Origin: Takakia lepidozioides
Taxonomy: Eukaryota; Plantae; Bryophyta
Assembly: GCA_030704615.1 (NCBI GenBank)
Contig: CM060731.1
Coordinates: 43,586,001-43,650,000, forward strand
Reading direction: 5' to 3'
DNA: 64,000 bases
Each line of letters opens with the position of its first letter. Position 1 is the first letter of the stretch. Below the pieces are notes generated by a model. The model worked only from the letters and a program-made list of their open reading frames with translations, was not told where the DNA came from and made no database searches. This document shows positions 22,545-35,949 of this stretch, in pieces. Made by a program: the position numbers and the translations under genes.

Positions 22545-25500
22545 ATGGCCCAATCGGCTGCTTTTATCAGGGCGCAGCCTAGCCACTTATCTTCAACATC
22601 CTGTCTAGCTGACTGTTCTCTATTGGGAGCTTCATCATCTGGGTGCACTGCCAAGGAGCCTCCATCTCGAGTGAGGTAACCAGCACAACCCCATCAAGTA
22701 AGGGTGGGAAAACATTGAAAGATTGTACTCATAAGACGTTGTTTGCCGCAGCCTTGTGGCCATTGACCCCGCGCCCAGTTTGAGGGGCTGACGTTGGTAG
22801 TAAGACTTACCTTCATATATAGAATTAATCCGGGTTTTCCAGATATCCTCTAGAAATCCCTTCACACAAGCATCAATCTGATGTGTGTGATTTGCCTAAT
22901 AACTAGGCCTCAGGAGGGCCTGGGCTTTTGGCTCAGCCTCGAGACTTTCAAAGTTGGTAAACAGAGGTACAGGCACAATTCCCTTGATAGATTTGAAGAG
23001 AGCGTCTCTTTGGTGAGAGAACCCCGGACAGTGTATCAGAAAATGAGTACTGTCTTCAGATTGCCCACACAACGGGCAATTGCACTCTCCCTTTCCTCTC
23101 TGCTTCTGTTTGCTGTTCAAAGGTAGGCTTCCTGCCCTGAGTTTAAATTTCAGTCTAGTGCCGAGAGTGGGTAGACCCTTGAGGTCATCCAAGATGTCCT
23201 CCCCCATGTCACTGACTGGAAACAAGTTCAGGGAAGTTTTCTGCCTAACTTCATTTTCATCAGACAATCTCATGGCAACAGACATGGCTTTGGACACTAC
23301 AGCCTCTAAGTCAGATTTATCCAGCAGGGTCAAGACTTGCGGTTCCAGGTCCAGGTCCTTGAGAATCTCTTCTACTCTCTTCTGCCAGGACTTAGCCTGT
23401 TTGACAGGGCGGTCCTGTTTCCAAGATATAGAGTCGATTAACTTAGGATATCTGGTGTTGGACATATGTTGCAGCTGACCCCACCATCTGACCTTGAATT
23501 CATCTCGTCGGGAGCTTAAGGACGGAATGCCAAACTCACCCCGAACAGCCACATTGGCTGTTTTGGAGCATGCCGACATACACTCCTTAAGCACCCCCAC
23601 TTGAATGGATTCTAGAGACTTAGCTTGGTTGGAGTTATCAACCCATATTGCAGATCCGTACTCCAAGGCAGGTCTAATAACGCGACAAAGCATGGTTTTC
23701 TTAACCTCAGAGTTGACCCCTCTGCAGTGGAAAAATTTAGTGAGCCCCAGAGCTTTGCCCTTGCCAGTTTGAACAACTTTCCGGATATGTGCATCCCAAT
23801 TATAATTGGAGGAAAACTCAACGCCCAGGTAAGTGTAGGAATGGAGGACTGGGATCTCTTGGCTACCCCACTGCCACTTAAGATCACTTCCTCCCTCTCC
23901 TCTGTCGTTGAATGCTACCACTGCACATTTGCTGACATTAGCCTCTAGCCCCCAAAGATCAAAGTATCTCTTCGTGCAATCAATCAACTCCTGGAGATTG
24001 GTTGGAGTCTCCCCTATGCCTGCGAAGTCATCCGCAAACATAAGGGCTGGTATGGTGGTATCACCCACCCTTAACCCAAATCCCTCACTTTCCACATCCT
24101 CGAGGAGTTGATTGATGAAAACATTGAAGAGCAGAGGGGAGAGAGGACATCCTTGAGCTACACCTTGGTCTATGTCAAAGAAGTTGGACTTCTGTCTGTT
24201 AACAGTGACACAGCTTTTGGTGTGAGCATACAAGTTGTGGACAACTCTCCACATCTTTCCCTTGATCCCACAAGACCAGAGGCAGAACCATAGGCCATCT
24301 CTCCACACTGTGTCATAAGCCTTTTTGACATCCAGGAAAAAAACAGAAGTGGGTTTCCCTTCTGTTTTCCTTCGCTGGATAATCTGGCTTAGAGTGAAGA
24401 TATGATCCACACAGCCCCTGTTTCGCCGAAAGCCAGCTTGGCTTTCGTGGAAACAACCTCTCGACTCCAGATCAGCCTCGAGACGAGTACTTATAACTCT
24501 GCAGAATGTCTTGCCAACAGCATTGAGGAGCGTGATGCCACGGTAGTTCCCCGGTTCTTCTGTTTCACCCTTCTTGTATAGATTGACAATGACCCCCTGT
24601 TGGCAGCGAAAGGGGATCATTTCAGTCTTCCAGATAAGGTTAAAGAGGAGAACTAGGGCCTCTATCATGGGATCGCCACCGTGCTTGATAAGCTCGTTGA
24701 TAATACCATCAGGTCCACCAGCTTTATATCCATTTAAATGTTCAATTGCTTCCACAATCTCAGAAGAACTAATGGGAGCGTTATAAGCCATTGAAATATA
24801 CTCCAGTTCATCAGGGCTGTTTTGAATCATAGGAACAGTTTTTCCAACTGTGTCCCTCCATTCAGCAGAAGACCCCTCACTGTTAGACCTAGTAGTTCTG
24901 CCAAGGATACTTTAGTGAGTTTCAAAGGTTTTGACAATGTCAACCGATGAAGTCACCACTGCACCTTTAGTAGTCTTCAGCGCTTGTACTTGCTGACCGT
25001 TTTTCGGCTTGTACAAACGTTGAAGGGCCAACCAGAATTTCTTGTCATTACCACCATGGTGGTTTGAGTTTATTTCACTGTATAACATGTCCCAGTATAA
25101 TTTCTTCTGAGACCTAACAAGCTGATTGATATCTTTACGGAGCTGGTAGTACCTTGCCCACAATTCTCTGTTGGTTTTCAAATTGCAGCACTCTTTATAG
25201 AGGGCTCGTCTCTCAGCTATCTTGAGTTTAATCTCATTGGTCCACCAATTAACAGCTCTACCGCAGACAATTAGTTTCCTCCCAATGATCTTGTCAGCCA
25301 CAGAGGAAACGAAACTCTCTCAAGAGTCCACTGCTCTTTTGACTTCATTTCTTGCGTTGTCAGAGCGAGACTGAAGTTCTTGGAGCGATTGGACAAAATG
25401 AGGGAGAGCCTCTTGCAAGGCCTGGACATACTCAGCCTTGACTTCCTCATTATGGAATTTTTCTATGCACCACTTCCGAATTGAACGTTTCACAGATCTC

Positions 25501-28500
25501 TTGGTGTTGGGAAAACACCTTTGATCTCAGTCCAAACCAGGAAGTGGTGAGAGGTACCAATATCAGTTCTGTCGACCAACACATTGGCACACTGGGAAAC
25601 AAATTTTTGTCCATTATGATATAGTCCACAATGGAACGTTCCCCAGTTTGGGATTTCTCACGAGTCCACTGCACTTGGTCACCTCTTGTCCTGTTATTCA
25701 AGGTCAAAATCTGAAGCTCTTCCAGACAGTTAATTAACCGTCTGCCATTAGAATTCAGCTCGTCCTCACCAAAAGGCCCAATGATATTGTCCTGATGGAG
25801 ACCTTTGCCCACCTGGGCATTGAAGTCACCCAATAGAACCACCTGACCTTTGGCAAGGAACGAAGCACAGTCCAGCTTTACATCTTCGAAGGCTTTGTCT
25901 GCGTCAACACTAAGGGTCCCCTCTGTGGGCATGTATACAGAGCATACGACTGCCCAATTTGGGCGGAGGGGCTGCCCCCAAGCGGTAGGGGTCCGCTTGT
26001 TACCATTCAGAGATCACACTCCAGGGAGTTGCAGGGAATGGCCCGTGTAGGCATATTCTAAAGAGGGAAAGGCCCCAAGCTTTCCAACTAAATCCAATGC
26101 ACTACCTTACCTGGAGCAAAGCGCTTCAGGTCGAAACGAACAAAGACACGAGGTCACAAGGCCGGCATTTAGTCACAGAGACATTAATGTACTCCCGTAT
26201 CAAGTCCACCCAATGGCAATAGGCTTCCTAGAGGACAGGGAGAGAAACATTGAAAGAAAGAGGCCGGGGTGAAGGAGGAATGAAATGAAAGCTGCAAGAG
26301 CTTATGCGATAAGAGAAAGCATGAAACAAGAAAGAAAGTGGGGCCCTAACAAGCAGCCCAGAAACAACTGTTGATCTGTATAAGGTGCCCACCTTCACAA
26401 TGGAAGGCAGTGGCCCCTTTTGGGATGGAGTGACATCATAATTAACGCTTGCTTCTGCAGAAGGCAACCTTTGATCCAGAGATTGTCTAAGATCGCCTCA
26501 TGCAGATATGCTGTCAAGCATTTCTGAGTAATGGAACACAGCTGTGAGGGATTGACTATCTTGGAATAGACTTTAGTATCTCCCATAGAGCCCACCCCCA
26601 ACAGCAGGCAGTAGGCGAAAAGTGAGGTGGCTCTTATTTACGCTGGCTTCAGCCAAAGTCTTCTCTATAGCTTCTCCCCCAGACCTCATATTAGAAAGTA
26701 CAGTGAAAGAAGAAATGTTCTTCAGTTTCAGTTTCTCTTCTGTCATCTCAGTGCAAGTGGGGCACAAGCAGAGTCCCACCTACCAGTCTCTATCCCCAGA
26801 CTATGGGAGCCCACACTAAACCAATGCCCTTTACTAGAGAGGGAGATAGAGCTGCACACAGTAAATTCAGCTGTAAGATTCTATCATCATGGAGGACCAA
26901 GAATGTCTCCTGCTAGAACTTTAGAAGAGGTTTCCAGGTCTGCCTAACATGAAGTTCCATCGGCTCCTGCCTGATGAGTCTGTTGTGGTCCTGCTTGGAC
27001 CGAGTTTCCAAACCCTCTATATTTTGTGGCAGTAGGGAAGCAATGGTCAGTCTGTTCGCATAAGGAGTGAGAGATTGGCTTAGGAAACCTGTAGAATCTA
27101 CAACTTCTTTGTTAAAATTTAGGAAGGATGGATAGTCTAGCTTCATCCCAAAGTAGATAATTGACAACAAAGGGCTGCCTGCTTGCACTTGGGTAGGTTG
27201 CAGACAAGGCTTTTCTCACCTGAGTCCTTGAAAAAATTGAATCAGAGGCAGAGGACAGGGAGGGGGAGCTGAGAAGGAAATTTTTGACCTAATTAGAGGG
27301 AACTTACAGAGCAATTTACCTCACCTAGTTGCAAATGTCATATGACAAGTGCAGACTTGACTTGGAGTAATCTGCAGGCTTGCCAGAGTGCGTGCTTCAA
27401 CGGTGCCAGAGAAGGAGGTTGTGTCAACTGAAAGGGGCAGTACTTATCAAGGAAAGTTGCGGCTCTTTATGGATTCAGCAGATGTCGACATTTGGCGCCA
27501 CTGGCTCCCTTCGGGTGCTTTCTATGGTTTGTTACCCTGTTATTACTGTGTTTGCAACTTTCAGAGCAAATACTTTAGATGAATTCATGTAGAAAATTAG
27601 AGTATATATGCATAGGGAAGTAAGATGTGGGGAAGCTATAGTCATATGACTGGCTTGCTGGAACGTTGTGGCAGGGGTAACCACGAATCCAATCTTGCTG
27701 GAGAAGGCGAGAGTGACCTGCCAGTTGAAGCCTTTGGCAGTGCTCGCCAAGAAAGCTTTCCAGCTTGTCTGTAAACCCTGAGCTGTTCACCTCTTCCTTT
27801 TGATAGATTGCTGATAATACTTTGTCGATGAGTCATGCACAGATTCAGCTATGTATGTTGTTTAATAGGCGCACAATACATTGGGGTAAAAGATCTGTAG
27901 ATCAATCTTGGGTCTCTCTCTGGATGACTCTTTTTATCTCTCTGATTGAACATTTTCTGAGGCAGGGAGCAAAAGAAGTGCAGCTTCAAACCTGGGGTGT
28001 AACTGTTTGGGACATGGTAGCAACGGGTACTGAGCTGGCCAACATCAACCCTTCTATTGTGGTATGTTCATGCCATTCATGTTGTATCAAGTGACCTTTC
28101 CTGCTTGTATTAGTATGTGCCATGGTGCAAAAAGCTACTGAGGGTCAGATGGCATCACAATCATTGCATTGACTGACTTGCCTCCCAGCTTTCTGTGTCC
28201 TGTAGGAGCCCCTTTTCTGCTTCACTAAAATTGGCACACTAGCCCCAAATGTCTTTTTCCAAAAGGAGGATAGGTGGAATCTCCAGATCAATCTTCCTCT
28301 CTTCGCATTTTGAAGCGGAAAGGAGTCAGACCCCAGATCAGAGTCTGCTCTCTTCTTATCGATCCTTTTGTTTCTCCTCTTATAGTTGAAATTTCTAGTG
28401 GATATCTGGAAAACTCAGATTAAATTGTCTGTTCCAAGTTAAGTCATACTACTGGCGTCAGCTCCTGATAAAGGTAGTTTCTGTCCCTTTGTGTTCCGCT

Positions 28501-29975
28501 CAACTGAGCATGGGGTCAATGGCCACAAGGCTGTGGCAAACAACGTCTTTTGAGTACATTCTTATAGTTGAATGTCTTGACCAGGTGAAGATCCCTCTCA
28601 CAAAAACCGGACTTGAAGCTGCTAGTAGACTTATTAACCAAGGTGCACGTGTGACAATGACAGGCGTCTACTCTGTCCACCAGGTACTCTCTGTACGTGG
28701 CAGGAAAAGATTTTTTTGCTTCAAATTGTCAGGTCTATATCTGTCTTTTTGATGCGAACTCTCCTCTCTCTTTCATTGGTTGACATTGTCAGTGCCACAA
28801 AGGAGCTATTAATAGGAAGTGCCCTCTTCTGAGAAGCCACCGCAGGGTGTCCTTCTAATCTCTTTCTCTTTCTTCGTTGTGTATGCCCTTCGTGCCTCCA
28901 GTAAATTTTCTATCTTCCTAAAATCATCTCTCTCCCTCTCTCTCTCTCCCTGAGCTGACGGCAAACATGTTGACAGAAAACAACGTCTTATGAGTAAATT
29001 CCCTTTCTTCCATTTTCGGTGCCATGAAGTGCATGCAGAAGTTGCAAATTCCTCTAGGATGGTTATTTCATCAGGCCAATCTAGCAATCCAGACCTCCAA
29101 GGTGTGCTTATGGAACAATTCTGTCCAATTCATTCCAAGTAGTCCAAGGTATGTTGTATCAGGAGTGTTATATAGAATGGTCGATGTTCAACCGGAGTTT
29201 GATTGAAGGATGGATGACTGCAGGTGCTATTGGCGGCCGGTGTTGGTGCTGCATATGCTGCCCCTTACCTGGGCCGCATGATAGCCCTTGGCAAGACAGG
29301 CGAGGAAGATATACAGGAGATGCAGGCAAGAGCCCATCCCCTTCTTCATAAGCTCTTTGAGCTTTCCGCGGACATTATAAAGTACCATTTCATTTCATCT
29401 TTGCTTCATCATTGGTACAACTTTGCATGGGAGGTTGCATGTCATGTGTTGCAAGACATTGGGGGAGTGCATTCAAACTTAATGGGACTATTCTTTGTCA
29501 GGTGCAGTCATTTTTGCTTCAAATTTACACAAGAGCACAGCATATCTATTTAACAGAGAAAAACTACTATTCAGCAGGAAGTAGGGGTTACTTACAGATA
29601 CAAGTGAGCCGCAAACCTTCAAATCAATGCTGAACAACTTGAGGCATATCTGGGTTCAGCCTCAAGAGATGATTTAACCATCAAACACCTTTGGTAGCAT
29701 GCAAATAGTTCTCCCTCCTTCCATCTGGTGTGCTTTTTCTGATATATGTATGTTGGGTACAGAGGATAGTAAGGGGTGTGAACAGTGAAATGAGGTTGCT
29801 GGTGGCTAGTATCAAAAGTGTGGAGCAAATCACAAGCTTGGCTGCCAAAGGTGTTAACTCATTTGCAGTACCGGATGCAATAGTAAAGGAACTCTTTGGA
29901 GACCCCAACACTGAGAAAGCTGCATCTGACTTTGAGGAATCCGTTACACGCAATTCCTACAAACTGTTTCTCTAG
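22545..29975 (+). CDS. Plastid-targeted fructose-6-phosphate aldolase / TalC-MipB transaldolase-family protein, 7 coding exons
   Basis: Exons 22545-22675, 27378-27526, 27675-27766, 27966-28061, 28585-28683, 29224-29325 and 29763-29975 join in frame. Motifs LFMDSAD, GVTTNP, VKIP (Schiff-base Lys), APYLGR, LLVAS. Ser/Ala-rich N-terminus ends in VRA-S. The last intron has a GC donor. Confidence 0.88.
22723..26244 (-). mobile_element. Non-LTR retrotransposon (APE + RT + CCHC) inserted antisense in an intron, with a 13-bp TSD
   Basis: APE motifs LLGDFNA and SIVDYII; RT KAGGPDGI, QAGFR, QGCPLSP, FADD, YLG; C-terminal CPLC...HFLIHCP. TSD aaacattgaaaga at 22710-22722 and 26245-26257. Confidence 0.93.
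28385..28561 (+). mobile_element. 3'-end fragment of the same LINE family in another intron
   Basis: tttctagtggatatctggaaaac...ggggtcaatggccacaaggctgtggcaaacaacgtcttttgagtacatt. Confidence 0.75.
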
Positions 29976-31576
29976 TAGGTGCAAGGATCACATTATTCTA
30001 GTTGGTTGAGACATTTTGGCACATGACAAGCTAGAGACAATGGGATTTCACTGCGTTGTCACTTCATGCATAATAATGCCTCAGGCTCACACCACCTATG
30101 TATCCTTAGCTGACAACATTGGGGCTTCAGTACGTCTCTATCATGCTTAGGAAATTGCAGGGAATGCCTCCAATGTTGTGGGTACCTTTGATAAAGACTA
30201 TTCAGGACTCACAAACTTGGCAACTTCCAAGCTGTTGCTAGTCATAGGCTTACCTTGGCAGATAGGGTCCACTTTTGGTAGTGCCCAACAGCTAACCAGC
30301 AATCTTGTGACATGAGTGTCACAGCAGCTACACTCAATTTGTGGAAACCGAAACAGACTCTAGCATGAGGCAGAAGACAGCTGATAGTACCTTGTCAAGG
30401 TCGAAAGGTGCTGGGAGAACTGACAAGTATGCAACTAATTTCAGTTGACTGCTAGATGCCAGCAAATGTTTCTCCTCTGGTATTTGGGATGTCTTGTAGA
30501 TAGATGCGTGATTTGCTGAGAGTGGTACTCCCTTTTTATGACATTGACACAAGCAAGGGCTTCGGAGATCAATGGAGAGATTGAAGGAAAAGTACCGTAT
30601 AATTACAGGATAATATTGCTCGATAGCTGATCTCCAATCCTATCAAGCTAAGTTTGTGCAGTTTAATGCATAATGTGTACTGTCCATTAGAGTGGCTGTA
30701 GATATGACTTGTAGTCATCAGGAGCAGCCTCCACTTGTTCCAGTGTTTTGTATGGCCGTCATTTGTTTTCATACACATTTTATCAGTAACAGTTCAGATT
30801 GTCACCATGTGTAAGCTCTGTGGTAAGTACTAAGTATACCTCTCACTATGCTCATTAGTCCATTCTTACACTTTGCGATCTGTCATATGGACTGGGTGCT
30901 GTTGTCTTAACAGCTATCAGCATTTCACCACAATTCAGTATATCTTGTTGTTGGATGCAGCAGGGTAACCCTCACTCACAATGGAGGTGTGTTGGCACTG
31001 ACTTCGTTCCCCTTGCTTGTCATGAGCTCAAGTGTTGAGACTGAGGCATACTCAATGGCATATAGGTCCTCTGGCCAGGGGAGGGAGCATGTCCAGTGAG
31101 AACCATATCAAAGTGCCAGCTACAAGAGCAGAAAGGTTTTAAGTACTTGTAAACACTAGAAACCTGCTTGTTGCTTATGCCTATACTCTATCTGAGACAG
31201 AATGCTAATCAAAGACATGTCCAGGAAATGTACGATAGTTGAGCATGCATTTGTCAAGACTACTTTAGTTAGAAAAGTTGAGGGAAATGGCCTTATTGCA
31301 ATTTGATGCAATGGAAATCTAACAGATCCTTTTTTCTGTTTGGGGGCCCACGGGGAGTGGAAACAAATGAATGTGACGCAAGTAAAGAGTCCTTCTAGGA
31401 GGATGGAAGCCCATGACTGGCTCCTCTCTTATATACCCTGCCAGCAGCACCACTAAAGCAGAGCAGCTGCTCTGCACTCAACTTACAAACTCTCCCGAAT
31501 CTATGAAAAGGAGCACCCCTTCGCGGAATCTGACATGTTAACCCCCAGCCCTCTCTCTCTTCTCGCTCTCCTCCTG

Positions 31577-32150
31577 CTACTGTTCTCCCAGAGTCCTTTT
31601 CGTTGTACTAATGTACAGAACTGCAGACGATGAAACAGAAACACCAAAATTACAGAGAAGAAAACATACACTCATATAGTGTACTGACAGATGCAGAGAT
31701 ATGCTTTAGCAGGAGAGAGGTGGAGAGAGAGAAAATCACAAGATGGCCCATGACACACAAAAACAAAGCAGAACCACAACATAAACCAGAAGCTAACAGA
31801 TGAATCTCACCGTTATTCCCACGGATAAAGGCGTCCCCATATTTGTTTTTCAACTGACCATTCACATACTCCTCCGTTTGCTCCATGGCAATGTTCATGT
31901 AGCCATCCAGACACGCCAGGATCCCTGCCATCCCTCCCATCGAAGAAATTTGATTAGATTCACAAGCTCTCGCTTCCCTCGAACTAATGCATCCGTTTGC
32001 ACACAGAGAGAAATTCTGGACATAGGCAAAGATACCTCGGTAGTCCACACCGGAATTTAGCTTCACAACCACGGGACGGCCTCTTATGGTCTTGAGGAAA
32101 TCCGCAGGAGTCTTGGCAGAACCCACGACGGGAGGCCCCCCTGCGCTCAT
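31577..32150 (-). CDS. LSM6: Sm-like protein LSm6 (3 exons: 32150-32036, 31924-31811, 31620-31577)
   Basis: KTPADFLKTIRGRPVVVKLNSGVDYRGILACLDGYMNIAMEQTEEYVNGQLKNKYGDAFIRGNNVLYISTTKR. Canonical GT-AG introns. Confidence 0.96.
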
Positions 32151-32715
32151 CTTTCTCTCTCCCTCGCACAGACCCACAAACCACAAACGACAGCCTCTGA
32201 ACACCACGAAGCTTGTTCACACTGTCAGGGCCCTGCCTCTAAATGACCTAAAATTCAACCTAATTAGGGACTAAGTTGTTGTCTGGGTTATATATATATA
32301 TTAGAAACAGGGGGATTGTAGCCCTGGAAATTTATTAAAGTTAAGGAAAAAATAACCTTACAAGAGCCATGAAGACCGAGAAATGAGGTACTACTTGTGA
32401 GCAATAGAACTTATACCGTTTAGGCGATAATTAATTCAAAATGAAAGTGCCTAATCAATTCTGTGAATTTTTCAGATTTTGGCCTAATTGTTGGGAAATT
32501 ATGGGACCAAAGTGCCTAATGCCCAAAAATTCCACCAAAAAACTTGCAAGCCTCTTCTCATGTTGTTTGTAATAAGATCAAAATTTCTTTGAACAAAAAT
32601 CAATACAATATATGCGTGCGGAAATAACTAGCCTACCAGCCTACCACAACTCGAGAGTACCATTATGTAAGAGGTTTCAGCCTGCACCAGCATACCAATA
32701 TGAAAACCAGTGTAT

Positions 32716-32797
32716 CCAATGACCAATGTATCAAAGCCCTGAACCAGCATGCCTACCCAATGACCAATGAATCAAAGCCCTGTACCAACGTGCCTAC
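32716..32797. repeat. Two tandem copies of a unit of about 41 bp
   Basis: ccaatgaccaatg(t/a)atcaaagccctg(a/t)acca..tgcctac repeated. Confidence 0.7.
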
Positions 32798-33524
32798 AGT
32801 AGTGTGGCTATCTATATTGGATTCACCTAAAGTGTGAGAGCGAAGGGAGAGCTTTCCTATACCATCTTGAGCCTTGAAGCACCGCATACAACAAAGAGGG
32901 GCATTTTTAGGGTTTCAAAGGAAATGAAAGGTAGCTGGAGCTGGAAGGGCCCATGGGCATTGGGTATCTATTTTGTAATTTTATTCTTAAAAAAAAAATG
33001 TTTTCTCTTCTCATGTGCCTAATTCTAAAAAATTATAGCATGAAGATGCCTAATTTGAGAAATTGTTTTCAAAACATGCCTTCAATCATGTTTCAAAATC
33101 TAAGGTCTTGGTATCTGTTTATTTTCTCCCAAAAGAAGCACAGATGTGTGAAATCACAGTGTGACCTTCGTCCATTGGGTTGTAGAATGAAGGCACGCGG
33201 CAGACAAAGAAAAAATATAGGCAAAAAGAGAGATATATTCATATATATGAAAAATGCAGAAAAGCTTATTCTCTCAAATTTTGGGAACTTAAAAAAACAC
33301 ATTCATTGATTTATTTTTATTTATAAAACATTATCTCAATACCATATTTAAAAAATCAGTTAAATTTGAAAACAAATGACATGTCCTATTATGGCTCATG
33401 GAGAATTGTGTCACGAAGACATTCCTAAAGGATATTTTAATACATAGTCATACTAGTAAAGTTGAGACATTCCCAGATCCTAAAAAGATTGTTTTAAAAG
33501 ATGTTTTTGGTTCAATACACAACT

Positions 33525-34015
33525 AGGATAGCCTGTGCCGTTGGCCCAAGTGTCATCTAAGCCCAAGTGCAATCTCCTATATATATGCGTCTCCTATGTC
33601 GAGGCCCAAGTGCGACCTTTGGGGTAGCCTCTGCCGTTGGCCCAAGGGTCCAACGTCATCTAAGTCCAAATGCAATTTTTTTCCACAGAGCCTACGACCA
33701 GATTTGAACCGGAGACCTTTCCCTTGATATCTCTCCTCTCGAGGCTCCAACCATTGTCCCATGAATTCCCACTTTGCTATTTTTTGGGAATTTCCAGCGA
33801 CCCAAAGTACTTGAAATTCCACATCTCCCACACCGCAGGTCCAAAAATCATGAGACCAAGCCGGTGCACTCCTCCTCATCGAGGGCTTTCCAACGGTACC
33901 AAACACCAAGGCTGGGGCCTCGCGGTTTGGGACATCTCAAATCTACAAAACAAACAAAACAAAACAAAACAAAATAAACGTCTCGCTTCATATGTTGATC
34001 ACACTAGTGCAATTG
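33525..34015. mobile_element. Probable non-autonomous element with short internal repeats and a tRNA-like B-box segment
   Basis: Repeated gcct-tgccgttggcccaag...gtcatctaag. The minus strand has ggttcaaatc near 33710. An (aaaac)n tract is present. No ORF. Confidence 0.35.
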
Positions 34016-35309
34016 AGAAATTCTCGGACCCTAAAAACATCCTTTAAAAAGATGCTTATTGTAGAGAGAAACTACGCATCATGTTGAAGTCAACGCAGAA
34101 AATTTGGGTATTTGTGTTCAATGTAATCAAAAAACGAGATAACATAGTCCACAAAACCTAGATGGTGTGTGGATGCATAGAATTTACTACCATTGGCTGT
34201 ATGTGAAGGTTGTTGAAGGGACTTCCACTAGTGGGGACTGATCATCTCGAGTCAAGTTGGGAGCAATGGGCCCCATTCCTGACATCTAGATTGGCCTCAA
34301 CAAACATGGAAAACCCAACGGGCCTTTGTAAAAGAAATAGAGCGTCAGTTTGGGGGCAATTGGAATGAGGCCAAGATGATGGAGTTGGTGGGAAGGAATT
34401 TGAAGGACAAAAGGTACCGTGCCAGAGGGGCCATGTGGAGGGCAGTGAACAAAGATGGGGCCCCAACCCAAAATGCCATATGAGATCATGCAGATTTGCC
34501 CCCAGTTGTATAGTTTTCAATTTCAGTTTGTTGATGTGCATTGAGGCACGGATAACATAGGGAATATGTGTGTGATTTTACTAACCAAACTGGCATGCTT
34601 AAGTGTTGCAATAAAAAAACTGGCATTTTCACAATCACGTGAGGCAGCAACAGCAGGCCTTGAGAAGGCAAACAATACACAACTTGGGGGCCCCGTGGAG
34701 CCAAGTCTTTTGTCATTCGATTTGCAAGTCTTACTTCCCATTGTTTTTTTCATTTGTCTTCTTTCTACACTGTCAACAACATGGTGCTAATTCCGATGTA
34801 TGTAGGTCCGCAAGTTGGGAGGAGGCCATCTATAGTGGAGTATATGTACGGGAAGGACCATGGTTGGCAAGGACTCATGAATTGCATGAACCATTTAGAG
34901 GAGAGTGAAATTGAGGATATTAGTATGTTAGAAGGAATTGAGGGCTTGGGATTGGATCATAGCTTAGTTGGAACGAGTGAGGGAGGTGCTTAGAAGAATG
35001 GTCGTGACCTCAAACACTCGGAGTCATCATCCTCACAAATGACTATGGATATTGACCGAGTCTCAGGATGATTCCCTTGATAACTCCCCCAACTAGTAGA
35101 AAGAGGCTTTGCTTGTTTCAAGGATTTAGTACGAACTCTAATGTATTTACATAGCATTTCAGTTCTTTAGAATGCACCATCCTCAATTCATGAAGTTGTT
35201 CATGTCATGATATGTTGTAGTATGGATATATGACTCAGGTACATCATTGCCCATGATGGAATCAATATGAAACACCCAAAGAAATAATAAATGCAACGTT
35301 ATTCTTTAA

Positions 35310-35600
35310 ATATTGAAAACCAAGCAGCAACGACTCCTTAGTGTCGCAGACCGCAATACCATAGCCCATTGCGACGGCTTCCCGTTGCAACACAAGGGGA
35401 CCAATGCCTCCAGAGGGCAACAACGCCTCCATTTCAACACTTTGGGGCCGCATGCCTTTCTAGCGACGCTCGGGGGTCGCAAGTTGAGGGCACCAACGCT
35501 TAAGTTGCGACGATATGGGGTCGCAACATCCATGATCTCCATGCCATTTTATTATTATTATTTTCCATAGAAACAAAAAGCTTGCGATGCCCGCTATTAT
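35310..35600. repeat. Cluster of GCGAC/GTCGC/TTGCGA subterminal-like repeats; probable DNA transposon end
   Basis: Dense short motifs in both orientations in otherwise AT-rich DNA, followed by (TA)n at about 35690-35718. Confidence 0.35.
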
Positions 35601-35949
35601 ATTAAAAACAACAAATTTGTTATATATTATAGATATTTATAATTGTTTAATTAAGTTTGGACCTACCTAGGCTAAGAATATGATAGGCATATATGTATAT
35701 ATATATATATATATATATAAAATCTTCGTGTAGGTACAACACTAGACAAAAACACAAAAGTTCTCGAGTTTTGCTTCAATGGTTAGGTGTAGGTTGCATC
35801 TTTAAAGTTCAGTTTCCTACATAATGTTGCAGAGGGGACCTAAACTATTCCCTTGGTAGGTCGATCCATAAGTATTGGAATTTCGCATTTCATATTTCTC
35901 TCCACATTAAACATTTGTGATGAAGGAAAGATTCCCAATAGCTCTCCAC

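Noticed and set aside
26103-26116. cttacctgg resembling the U1 snRNA 5' end
   Set aside because: The downstream sequence does not continue as U1. It is simply a consensus 5' splice site on the minus strand.
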